A DNA stretch of 63,256 bases, filler included, from Sphacelaria rigidula (Eukaryota), in the NCBI GenBank assembly GCA_964200075.2. It is 9 parts of 9 records of this genome, joined end to end, with 100 filler letters (N's around TTAATTAATTAA, not from the genome) between each part and the next. Parts side by side here need not be neighbours in the genome. Positions count along the whole stretch, not along the records: positions 35,201 to 42,139 come from CAXNAA020017306.1; positions 42,240 to 49,178 come from CAXNAA020017307.1; 7 more parts are not named here. One strand, 5' to 3'. Both the position numbers and the translations under genes were made by a program. This document shows, piece after piece, positions 37,565-49,278 of the stretch (position 1 is the first letter of the stretch; every line of letters begins with the position of its first letter). The notes below the pieces were generated by a model. It was not told the DNA's origin and searched no databases. It was given only the letters and a program-made list of their open reading frames with translations.

Positions 37565-38618
37565 AATGTTCTTCCTCCTTCACAATGTAGCACGGAATGT
37601 ATGAAACCGGAAATAAAATGAAGAACATGACACCACACTAGGCAGCTACAAGGGATGCGCGGAGGGGCACAGCAGTCCGCCGCGGCTGTGAAATGCCGTG
37701 CACGAGCGATACCTGCGTAATGGTCGGAGAATGTGTTCCTCCAATCAAGAACCATAGACGGCCGTGGTGCTATGTTGTGGCCTCGGGACACCACAGGAAG
37801 GAAAACACGCAATGATGTACTGGAAGCATCTGTACGGCGGATTGTTCCGCCGTGCCGGCAGTACAACACGGAGCACCTTTCACGTTTCTGTGCTACATCC
37901 AGGGGAAATCAAAGCATTTGCAGACTAGCCGGCAGCGAAGGGGATGTGGCCGGTAATTTGGTATAGGAAAGGATCGTCGAGGGTGTTGTAGATTGCACAT
38001 CGTGAACAAAGTTGCGCAGTGGTGTACGGTGGTTCACCGCGGTTGCCAATTGCTGTGTAAAAACAGACCTCGACGCAACCCGCTTGGGGTTTCCTTGTCT
38101 GAACCCAACAACATTCAACATTCAACATTGCCGGAGTGGTCTGGTTTCATAAAAGGGAAACGGAGCGAGCAAGACCCCGAACCAATTGTACACGGGCTAT
38201 GTTGCGCGTGAGACGGGGTAGACAGCAGGGGAATGATCGCAACCTGCACAGCACCCACCGAGCCAGAACACACTACATGGCAAGACGAGAACCGCGGTAC
38301 GCGCTTATACTGCAATCGTTGCTTGTGCAGGCGCGGCAGCCAAAGGCGACCGTGTGCAGACAGAGAGCAACGACGCTAGAAGAGAAAGAAACGAAATCCG
38401 TGCAGTGGTGAAGACACAAGCGAGTAACGTATCGGAGCACTGCTAGCAACACAGTTGGATAGCGCACAACTAGAGGTTGTTCAGACTGCGCCAAAGCTGG
38501 GCTCGGGTGTTTGCGGCAGTACACTCGTTGTCAAACTCAAACCGCTCATTTTGTGAGGGTGCAACAGACGCGTACTTTCTCCGAATTTTTGTAGGGAGAA
38601 TAATGGACGGAAAACAAC

Positions 38619-38985
38619 CACGCTTAGGACGAATAAAATCGTGATTCAACTCATGTTCATCGTTCCAACGAATAAATCATACGATTCGTACATCATTTGT
38701 AATTTAGACGGGTTCTGAGCTCTTGAGTCGTGCAGTACACCGTCAAAGCTATATATTTCCCACCGTCGGGTTCATGCGGGACGAAGAGTCGGCATGTGGT
38801 TGAATAGTCTCATTTCATGGGCCTTGAATCACGCGTACTCTTCTCCCATCTGTAATGCGCCGGAGATGACTCCACTGCATATGTTATTCACCCAGGTTCA
38901 TGCGGGACCATCAATCGGTATATGGTCGAATCCGGTCATTTCATGGGGAGTCAACTCGTATGAACCCTGATTCGTCCTAACCGTG
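38619..38985. mobile_element. About 365-bp MITE, copy 2
   Basis: CACGCTTAGGACGAAT ... ATTCGTCCTAACCGTG. Confidence 0.85.
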
Positions 38986-39721
38986 AATTATTCCACGCGC
39001 GGGTTTCCATTAACCATTTTTATTTTTTCAACTTTTGTTCTTATGCCTTTTTTCATTTATATTTTATCTTCACCATTACCATTACCATCACCATTACTAT
39101 CACGACTACTGTTAGGTGCAAACATCAATTTCCGGCTTTCGAGTTACCTTTTGCGTTTTTTTTTTGTCTTGTTCTCCTCTTAAAAGATGTGTACGTGGGA
39201 GGATCAAGTGTTGTGTGTCTGTTTCTAGTCTAGACCAGCGTGAATAAAACTGCCATTTGCTATCGTGGGGGTATGTACATATATATATATATATATATAT
39301 TGTCACCGCGTACGTATACCTGGCAGGTCAGATAATGTGAGATATCCAATTGATGAATAAAATATAGTTGTAGAGCGCCAGATGTGGCTCATAGGCCCGG
39401 AGGCAACAGTACGGAAAGGAGAAAGGTGTGCGTGTCATATGTCAGTTGTCAAGCGCAGTCAGACTGCGTCTTCCGAGATTGTCGGCAGTCGACTGCCCGA
39501 TCGCCATAGTGGAATCCCCTCCTATGTATACCGTATATCTGCACGCTAACCACTCCCCCGTCCCGCCATCCCCCCATCTGTCCCCATTTCGCCCCACTTC
39601 CGTACCCCTTCCGTGATCTCGGCGATTGTTGGATGTAATACCAATACAACGTCAACGTGAATCGGGGTATGAAAACTCGAACCTGCGGGCGAAACTGGAT
39701 AATGACAATGCGTGACCGTAG

Positions 39722-39760
39722 GGGCGGTGCAAGTCGCCCGGGTACTATATTCTGCGCCAG
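39722..39760 (+). CDS. NUP205: NUP205 39-nt micro-exon
   Basis: TAG|GRCKSPGYYILRQ|GTGAGG, phase 0-0. It supplies the KxPGxxxxxxxL motif expected between the flanking exons. Confidence 0.8.
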
Positions 39761-40203
39761 GTGAGGCATGCATACAGCATGGTATAAAGGAAGAGGAGGA
39801 AGGAAGGGAGGGGGTCAGACGAATAGGAAAAAAGCATGAACCTTTTGAAGAAATGTTTCACTGTAATTTGTGGTATGCTCAAGAGATGACGATTAGATCT
39901 TGGATTCTGGGTGGGTTTTTTATGGTACGGTAATACATTGTACTTGTAAGAGGGAGGGTTGAATGCAGGAGGGGATTTGAGATCGGTCGTGTCCGATACC
40001 TGAAGTTAGTTTAGTGTAGAGGTCAGGTCAAGTCGTCGATGCGACTAGTACGGATGTATACGGTACCGGGAGATATCACAGCTTGACTTGACCGGAACGG
40101 CTTTGCGCTCGGAATCAAACCAGTTCAGCCTCTCCTTTTTGTTCTGAGAACTGCTGTGACCCATGTTCGTCTTGCTCAATCCGTCCCTCCCCAATGGTCT
40201 TTT

Positions 40204-40403
40204 CTAGGAGATGGATGGTGGCTAGAGACGGCGAAACGGGACGGGGATAAGATATGTCAAAGGTTGTGTATTGTACGGAAGACACGTAATGAGCGCCAGA
40301 ATGTTGGAGGCGTCTCTATTAGGAGTAGGAACGGTGCTCCGTCTCGAAAGGGATGCGTGGTCAATGGCCACACGACTAAGGCAAGCAACAAATGAGCCCC
40401 CCC
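40204..40403 (+). mobile_element. LINE 3' fragment with C tail and 15-bp TSD
   Basis: CCCCAATGGTCTTTT occurs at 40189-40203 and 40404-40418. The insert encodes LGDGWWLETAKRDGDKIC...SRNGAPSRKGCVVNGHTTKASNK*. A second 3'-end variant follows at 40407-40446. Confidence 0.85.
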
Positions 40404-40662
40404 CCCCAATGGTCTTTTTACTACGGCATGCATGTTCATGAGTACACCCCCCAACCCCCCCGGCCGCCCGGCCGCCGCAATATGATTATGTACTTCCGTC
40501 GCCTAAAAGCATATACCTTTTTTTCTTCTGCAAATTTCGGCAACATGTCCCTCTCGCTGTTGTTCCTTTCTCCGTTGGAAATCTCGTGTTGCCTGCTGTT
40601 TTGCTGACACGGGTCGTCTCTTCTTCATCTCATCTGCGGTCGGTCGATGTGGCGTGGTGTAG

Positions 40663-40841
40663 ATCCTCGGCCAAGGCGGGTTATTCCGGCAGCTGGTGCA
40701 AGTGTTGAGAGCGGGCGGAGGCGTCACCGGGCTGACTGCAAGCCGAGCGGAGAGTGCCACGGAGACCGTAGTAGCGGAGGTGCTGCTCAAGAAGGCCAAT
40801 CAGGCGCCCGGCAGTGGTGCTGGTGCTATCGGGGCCGACAG
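40663..40841 (+). CDS. NUP205: NUP205 internal exon
   Basis: TAG|ILGQGGLFRQLVQVLRAGGGVTGL...GAIGAD, in frame with the micro-exon. The probable donor is CAG|GTGCAG, so the 3' boundary is less certain. Confidence 0.7.
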
Positions 40842-42139
40842 GTGCAGGAATTCTCATGTTGCTGTTCGGTTCATTGATTATGGTTGGTTGCTTGTCGTAC
40901 CGTGACTGGTCGGTTGCAAATCCCGCCCGTGATATGTCATCAGATAGACGTGCCCGGGGTAGATATGCTGAGATAATCACCTGAGGAAACTCTTGAGAAA
41001 ATGGGAAGTACATGTAGATGTATGTGTATAAAGATTAGCACTCGTTGGTTTGTTTCCTGTTGCTGTGTCTTTGCGTATGTTTCATTTGTTCTGCAGATGC
41101 GTGGAAAAGTCACGAGGTAATCGTTTTCTAGAGAAATAATTCACTGGTGTCAGTGATAATATGCGGGAGAAGAATGTGGTACTGTAGTGTAGTAGTGTTG
41201 GGCGTTCGTGTTACGGTTGGTTGCTTGGTTTCTCGGAACGCAGCACATTTTTACTACGCCGCTGCAAATCCAGCCATGGCCACAAAAAATTATGGGCAGC
41301 CCCGGGTAAAAAAAGAATAGATGTTGAATTTACACATGCTGCGAGAAATTCCAGAAATAGAACAACGACAGAAACAAGGAAGACATGGAAAAGAGCGGAG
41401 GAGGAAACGAAGTGAACTGAGATGGAAGCCAGGCTATGGATGAGTACCATTGGTGCTGGCTTCCCTCAAGCTGTGCAGCGCCTCCAGCGAACACCACATC
41501 CGTTTTTTTTCTCCACGACCTCCGCATTTTAGTCATCGAAGCGTCAACTACATGCAGGGTCACGAAGGTGTTACCAGCTTTTTGACCATGGTACATGTGG
41601 GCTGCGACGGCCTCTGCCTTTCCTCGGATATAAGATTGGCGAAACTGAGGCCAAGTTTTTTTTTTTCACATGTCGGAACAAGAATGATTCGATTTATTAT
41701 CGCATATTGACCGAGGCCTGTGGAATCCAGCAGTGGTCACAACGTAAGCAATGGTGATAGTGTGTTTGTGTTGCGTGGGGGGTGGAATACGAATACGAGT
41801 GACCACAACAGTAGACAAGGGTACAACTTCCTTTCCATCATGCACTGAAGAGTGTGTTCATCTCATATCTTGGAAGCAGCTGGTTCCGAATATACCACAC
41901 GCACATCCTTTGTTTTTGTCTTTTGGGTTGTTCTAATCTTCATCTTCCCCCCCCCCCCCAAAAAAAGACCCCCGATGGGGTTGGCGTCGGTTGGCGATGA
42001 CGCGGTAAAACACGCCACTCATTGCGTAAGCTAGGCAACCAGGTTACCGCTTTTTTTGTTTTGCGCGCTTGCGTTTTTTTCCCCGGTAACCATGATGGTA
42101 GTCGAGCTAGAACATGTTGTGCGGCGTGGGAGAACCTCA

Positions 42140-42239
42140 NNNNNNNNNNNNNNNNNNNNNNNNNNNNNNNNNNNNNNNNNNNNTTAATTAATTAANNNNN
42201 NNNNNNNNNNNNNNNNNNNNNNNNNNNNNNNNNNNNNNN
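42140..42239. other. Artificial contig spacer
   Basis: N44-TTAATTAATTAA-N44. Confidence 0.99.
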
Positions 42240-42398
42240 CAGTATGTCGATTTAAAAAAAATACCGCGGTATCACGGGAATATTCCCGAGAGGAGCCTTG
42301 GAAATTTCGTGAAAAAAAGCTCAAAATTTTTACAGCATACCCGCGTTTCATTTTTTCGTGGCTGGTCCATCTCCACATAGGAACCAGTCTTGAGACAC

Positions 42399-42696
42399 GA
42401 ACACACGATTTAGCAGCTGAATTTCGGGTCGTTTTCAATGAAATTTTGACACGATGTACAGGATGCATGTGCGAAGACGCCATGTTTTCCACTCTACATT
42501 TTTGTTCTTTTCTCCATGAGTTATCGGCGACCAAGCATTTCAGAATTTTGTTTTTGCAACAAAAACGTGGATAACTCCGAAAAGGAAGAGAAAAAATGTA
42601 GAGTGGAAAAAGTGGCGTCTTTGCACATACATCCTGTACGTCGTGTCAAATTTTCATAGAAAACGACCTGAAATTCAGCTGCTCAATCGCGTGTTC
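42399..42696. repeat. Inverted repeat (about 110-bp arms)
   Basis: GAACACACGATTTAGCAGCTGAATTTC...CCACTCTACATTTTT versus AAAAATGTAGAGTGG...GAAATTCAGCTGCTCAATCGCGTGTTC. Confidence 0.88.
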
Positions 42697-44496
42697 ACAT
42701 CCCTGTCCGCGTCATAGGCGGCCCAGCCTGTACCGTTATTCCGAACTCCTGACAGACCACCACCACCATGACCATCATTTCAGCAAGCCCGTGCGGAGCC
42801 TCCGAGACTCTGCCAGCGTCATCCGCGCACAGGATTACCCATGTCGCGCGCCGCACCCTCTCACAGCCCCCCTCTCCCCCTTTTCAAGGTTTCTTCCAGT
42901 TGACTTTATTTTCGACAAAAATATCCTACCTTATCTCCATAAGAAGACTTTATTTTCGACGAAAAACAACAACACGACCATGGTAACCTTTAACGGTCGA
43001 TACACACCTCTCCCGAAAAAAGTTCAGGTCCTGACATTCAAACATCGCGCGATCAATCACAGGTATGTACGTTCCCAAGGGCGTGGGAATACCACCCATT
43101 GTTGTCCATATTTCCCCCAGTATTCGCATTGGCCATAACTTTTGCAACGACGACGAGTGAGCAGCCGAAAGGGGTGTCGGTGGTGTCGTCTTGATGTCAG
43201 CGGTGCAACCGCCAACCTCCAGTGCATTTGGACAAGATTTCGGGTATGTTGAGACCCTACGATGGAAAAAGGGGGGGGGGGGGGGATAATTTGGATCATT
43301 TCTTCCGCGAAACTCCGCTTCAAATCGTCATTAAACCAGCCACCGTTGTCCGAACGAGCTTGCTACCGATAAATAACACCCATCAGTACTGCTTGACACC
43401 CTTGTCACTCAAATACAAGCGAACCGGAGTGTTTTAGGTCGTCTAGCACACCTCTGAGCCCATTTTTTTGTGTGGAATCAACCCACCCCCTGCCTCCCTA
43501 CCTCTAGACTCTTGGGGGTGGCATCGAGGGGCAACGGCGCTGTAAAACAAGCCATCAGAACCTAGACATGAAATGTAGAGACTGTCACCGTACATATACC
43601 ATGGACCGCCACTAGACGAAAAAAGTCCCGGACCGACAGACACACTAGAGATGCAACAACCTAAATAACCAATTTTGTTTTCCCCCAGGAAAATACAAGA
43701 TGGATGTAGACATGATATAAGAAAGCTGACCATTTTTGTTCTGATTTTATGCCTTCCCTTTCTTTATTCTCTACTTCCTCTGTCACATAAGTTACGACCG
43801 AATTTCTCACAGACGTCGTTAACGGTCTCCGATGCTGTTTTCGTTTCTTTTGTTGAATTCCTTGGCGTTTTTGAGTGTAATACAATGTTTTTTTTTTTTA
43901 ATTTGCATCACTCCAGATGGAGTAGCGGCCAGAAAAAACAGGTCGGCCCAAAAAAGGCCGTTTTTTACCCCTTTTCCACGAACAAAATAGTGCCGAGAAA
44001 GGAAAAAAAAACATGGGAAAAAAATAAATCGTTAATCATCCTCTCCATCGCTCGTGCTTGATGCCAGATAGTCCCAAGCCTTTGTGAAGGCCTCCTTGTC
44101 GTACTTGACTGTCCTTTCCAACGTTCCCGCCCTCTGCCGCGCGGATATCCCGGTGTGCTCTACACTAAATTCTCAAAAACGTTCTCTAAAACATTCTCGA
44201 AATGTAGCCGAAATTGGCCAATTTTGGGGACGTTTTGGCCCATACTTTGAGATGTAATAAAATCGCATATCATTTTTTTTTTTGCATCAGTTAGCTGCAA
44301 AACATATCTTTCCGAAGAAACTAATTATAGTATGATAGGCACTTCCGTTGAAAAGGTACGATCTGCGCCGAAATGCGGTCCTAACTTATGTGACAGAGGA
44401 AGTCTGTTTTTTCCCCCTTCTTTTTTGTTCTCTTCCTTTTTCCGTTCCCTCGTACACTAAATATATATATATATTTTTTGTTGGTTTTCTCCGCTA

Positions 44497-44830
44497 CTAT
44501 AACACAGCCCAGACGTGGACATGAAATAAAGAAGCTAATCATCCCTTTTCTTTCACCTACCATAACACAGCCCGGACATAGACATGGAATAAAAGAAGCT
44601 TCTTTATTTCTACCATGGCACAGCCCAGACATGGCCATGTAATAAGAGAGGCTAACCATCCATTTACTTCAACTTACCATAACACAGCCTGGATATAGAC
44701 ATGAAATAAAGAAGATAAGCATCCTTTTCCTTGAACCTACCATAACACAGCCCAGACATGGACATGTAATAAAGAAGGTAACCATCCATGTTCTTCAACC
44801 AACCATTACACAGCCCGGACATGAACGTGA
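44497..44830. repeat. Minisatellite, about 55-63-bp unit, 5-6 copies
   Basis: Repeated ACCATAACACAGCCCRGACATGGACATGWAATAAAGAAG. Confidence 0.92.
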
Positions 44831-45304
44831 GATAGCGAGAAAAAACAGTTGTATGTTTTCATCTCGAACCGGAGAACAACCGAGATCCTTCCCCTATATC
44901 ATATCATGGGTAAAACTTAGAACAAAACCAAAACCTAGGCATGTAAGTAATAGCGTGAAGGTTGGCCACCTTATATGCAAAGGGAAAATGCGAAAGATGT
45001 AACAAGTGCGGATAGGGTAGGGTCATCACCCCCATGTTGAATTCACACGGGGGTTGGGGTGTCATGGTGAGATACCCGTAAAAACTTTACCGGCTTCCAG
45101 TAGGCGGTGGAAATCTGGTCAGACGTTTCCAGATATTTATGATATTAGGCGCAAAAGGCGTGTAATGACGGGAAGGGGTGGATAATGCATGGCATAAACG
45201 TCAAGATCTACTGCCCTCATGAAACAAACACCTTACCGATGGCCGATCACCTGACCGACGAGAAGGAGCACCAAGCGGTACGTAGACTTTTCGAGATCTT
45301 GAAG

Positions 45305-48300
45305 GATGGAAGCTGGTACAAAGTGTGGGGGAATCGTTGGCCAAGCTTTCGGCAGCGTAAAAGAATAGAGATAGCCCAGCAAGTAAGTAACCGCGACCTA
45401 GACATAGTGGGAATACAAGAATCATGAGAGAAAGAGGGCGCGGAAATAGGATGCAAAGCTGAAGAGTACGCATGAATAGGGAAAACGCGGGAGGGACAGA
45501 AGCCCAAGAGCAAGGGAGCGGGGGAAGTAGGATTCTTAGTCAAGGAATACCTGTGCGACAGTATGGAAGTGATCGACGACATGAAATTCGACGAGAGCAT
45601 ATGGATAAGGGTACCAGAAGAGTGGGGAACGAAGGACTTCTTCGTAGGGAACATCTACATGCCCCAGAATTGAAGAGTAGGGTGGACGGTATTCAGCGTA
45701 GGTTTGGAGAGATAGCAGCAGATGTACATAAGCCTGAAAGGCAAGGAGAAGTAACGTTGTAGTAGTGGGTTATTTCATTGCAAGGGTTGGAAAAACAGGT
45801 CAACCGAATGACATCGTTGGTCAAAACGGGGAAGATCATAAGGACGAATGGGGTAGGAACGCTGACGTTCCTTGAGGCTCACGAGATGAAGACGCTGAAC
45901 GATGGGACACAAGAGCCAGAGGCGCAATGGACATGGACGAGGAAATGCAAAGACGGAAGAGAACGCTCCGTTCTTGCCTATATAGTGGTACTGCGTGGAA
46001 GTAGTGAATAAATGGAAGTACATGTATGCGCGAAGGGCATGGGAACTTCAGATAGTTGCCTGATATGGACAGAAAGCCAACAGTCGAAAGCTAAAAGAAA
46101 CAGGCGGGGTAAGAAGTATTACAAATATATGTAGGATCCATAAAATGTAAGTTGAGAAACAACAGCACGGGTTCCAAGAAGAGATGGCCAAAAATGCAGT
46201 AAAAAATTCCGAACTGTTGGAAAGCGTTGGTACAGTTGATACCGAAATGGAAAGGGATCGGGCAGGAGCGAAGATTGTAGAAGGGTAGCAGTAGTTGGTC
46301 AAGAACACAGCGAGTAAAGCCATATGGAAGAAACTGATCGTATGCAACAGAGCAGTAAAATGGTGGGATGAGGAAGTAAAATAGGCTATCACAGTAAGGA
46401 GAGCGGCCCAGGCGAGGTGGATATCAAGTAAAACTACGGGAGGATGGGAGGAGTATACTAAGGCTCGAAAGGAAGTAAAATGATGGTAGAAAAGAAAAAT
46501 AAGGGAGTGTGGGAAGCTGTAGTGAAACACACAATAGAAGATTTCGATGACGGGATGAAACAAATGTGGGTAGGCATTAAAAGAGATCATGGGAAACCAG
46601 GCAACAAAGATAGACAAGGGGATAGCCACACTACGGACACAGAACGGTAAAATGGTGAGTAATTCAAAGGGAAAGAGAGAAGTGCTAGTCGAGTACTACC
46701 GTAAACTAGGAACACCAAGAGCTAACACGAAGTTCGACACGGAGTTCGAGAAAGAGATCAACGAGTGGGCATAAGTAAATATAGAGACGTCAAAACGGGA
46801 GGATAGGGGCTCGAAAGAATTACAGAGAGAATTTGCGTAAAAGAGTGTGTAGCTAATCTCAAGAACAGAAAGGCGGCGGGGAGGCGAATTCATTTGTTGC
46901 TTGCCGAAGTCGTTCGACCATTGAAATGCAGCAGGGGCGGACGAAATAGTGAATGCATTTCCAAAGTACAGGGGAGAGGGAATGATCACCATGATTGATA
47001 TGCTGTATAACTTGATCTGGGAAAACAAGTACACACCCAAGAGGTGGAAAGAAGGAGTAGTCAACCTTTTCAAAAGAGGAGACGAGGCTGATCTAGGGAA
47101 TTATAGAGGGATAACGCTACTGAGCACGGTAGGGAAAACAGTCAGGGAGATTCTGAACGATAAAGTAGGAACGATGCTAGAAAAGGACGAAACATTCAGC
47201 GAAGGGCAAGCAGGATTGAGACCAAACCGTAGTTGTGTAGACCATGTGTACACACTAGGTGAGATTATTCAGGGTACGAAAGACAGGGGGCTGACAACGT
47301 ACTGCTTTTCTCCGGACGTACGAAAGGTTTACGGCACATTACGGGAAAATGGGCTGTCGAAAATGATGCGGGAAACTGGGATCAGAGGAAAGGTGTGGAA
47401 AATGTAATGGCAGAATATGCCAAATGTACTATGACGCTAGACGGGGAAATATCGAAATATTTTGATATTTTACAAGGAGCTGCACAAGGATGTATGTTAT
47501 CACTTTTTTAAAAGTAATTATTAATGACCCGATAATAGCGATAGAAGCAGCAAAGAACGGAGTCAAAGTGGGTGACGATATGGTATCAGGTTTGATGTTC
47601 GCGGATGATTTTGTGGGAAATCAGGAACACCAGAAGGGTTACAGGTACAGGTAGACAAGGCGCTAGAATAAACTAGGAAATGGAGAGTGACAGCGAACGT
47701 TAGCAAATGCGCGGTATTCGTATGCAACGAAGATAAGAAACATCCGGTAGAGTTCAAATGGAAGTGGGGATAAGAGGAACTGCCGATCGTAGTCCAATAT
47801 ACATACCTTGGCGTAGAGATCTCAAAAAGCTGTTCTCGAGATGCACACATAAAAAAGTAATAGAGAAGGTTGAGGCACAGATAGGAAGGATAGACGTGAT
47901 CGCAGAGAATCGCAGCTAGATACTATAGGTTTGTATCCGGATGAACGTGATCGTACCAAAGCTGAAAATATGCTGGAGAAGTATGGGAGGGGGACGTGAA
48001 GTTGGTGAAGAAATTGGAAACAGTACCAGAGGCAGCAGCTAAGAAAATACTTGGATGCTGGAAAGCGACGAGTACTGCAATTTTGAGAGCAGAGTTGCGG
48101 ATGTACCCACTTGAAACAGAGACATAAAAAAACTGACATGGCAGTATAGCATACGAACATGCAGAGAAAGAGATTGCCAGCTATAGTTGATGAGGCTGTA
48201 TGGAAAACAAATACGAAAGGGCAGGCTGAAATACGGTGGGATAGAGAAGTCGAGAAAGTATGGAAGGGGATAGGACGAAATCAAGACGAAATCCTGTCCA
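45305..48300 (+). pseudogene. Decayed non-LTR retrotransposon (LINE) ORF2: APE endonuclease plus reverse transcriptase
   Basis: APE motifs LDIVGIQES, GxGEVGFLV, ESIWIRV and VGNIYMP. RT motifs KAAGADEI, NLFKRGDEADLGNYRGITLLSTVGK, QAGLRPNRSCVDH, QG, MFADD and YTYLG. There are many stops and frameshifts, and the C-terminus is missing. Confidence 0.95.
46882..46924 (-). mobile_element. 43-nt antisense LINE 3'-end insertion inside the LINE ORF2
   Basis: CATTTGTTGCTTGCC...GACCATTGA is flanked by an imperfect duplication, AAGGCGGCGGGG and AATGCAGCAGGGG, of the KAAG codons. Confidence 0.75.
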
Positions 48301-49178
48301 TAGGTGAACACTAAAATGAGACTCGAGTGGCATAACTAAAATCCACTTTCGTGCGAAATAGCACTGCCCAAGGGAAGCAGTTCCGCAACAATCGTTTTTG
48401 TCGCAGTTAAGCAGGTGTGGCTGGGTGCACCGAATGAATGCAGTGTGCACGCGTGTCGATGGCGGTACTGCTGAAGGAGCAACGGCGGAGAGGAAGCTCC
48501 TCGCACGTGTCCCTTCTGAGTCCTCGTTCGGCGATTCCCAATCGCTGGAGAGGTTGGCATCATGTCACCAGCACATACCCAATTTGCCATGTGCCGGCAG
48601 GCGAGTTATTGCTGCACAGCCCCCCGAAGATCGGGATGCCGAGAGTTTTTGTCTCTTGTCTGTGGCGCAGACCAATGCAACGATCGATTCCTGTCTGCCT
48701 CTCTTTTTGGAAAGGACGCGCCTCTACGCGCTGCGGAACACGTGGTCGAAAACCAGCGCGATGTTTTCCGTCGCCGCTACTGTTGTCACACATGCATGCT
48801 AACACGGACAGTGTTGCGGCAGTAAGATTCAACGATCGCAATGTGGGGGTGTTTTTGTCCTCGTTGATTTCATCCGACCTCTGCACCTGTGTGTGTACAA
48901 CAAAGACAGGAGTCTGCCACACCCCCGTTGGCGGGATGTATGAGAGATCAAACACTTGGAGACATTGGTCTGGGGAGTGAAAAAATATACCTCTGGCGGT
49001 GACCTGACTGTTGCTGGCGTGACCCATATGGGGGCTGCCATCCTGTAATCTGAGCCTTTCTTATGTACAACCGGTCGCGTGCTCAGCAGGGTGTGTATGT
49101 GTGTCTGTAGCAAGGACAAACAAAGCGCTATGTGAGGGCATCGTAAGTTGAGGCGAGATATGGCTATGGCTCCACGGG

Positions 49179-49278
49179 NNNNNNNNNNNNNNNNNNNNNN
49201 NNNNNNNNNNNNNNNNNNNNNNTTAATTAATTAANNNNNNNNNNNNNNNNNNNNNNNNNNNNNNNNNNNNNNNNNNNN
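49179..49278. other. Artificial contig spacer
   Basis: N44-TTAATTAATTAA-N44. Confidence 0.99.

Noticed and set aside
37196-38985. LTR pair of a TRIM or LARD retroelement
   Set aside because: The repeats lack TG...CA ends and an obvious PBS or PPT, and each has its own TIR.
44497-44830. CRISPR array
   Set aside because: The whole ~60-bp unit repeats, there are no unique spacers, and there are no cas genes.
48330-49120. RNase H-bearing LINE remnant (DSQS and TLxHW-like words)
   Set aside because: It is too degenerate to support by eye.
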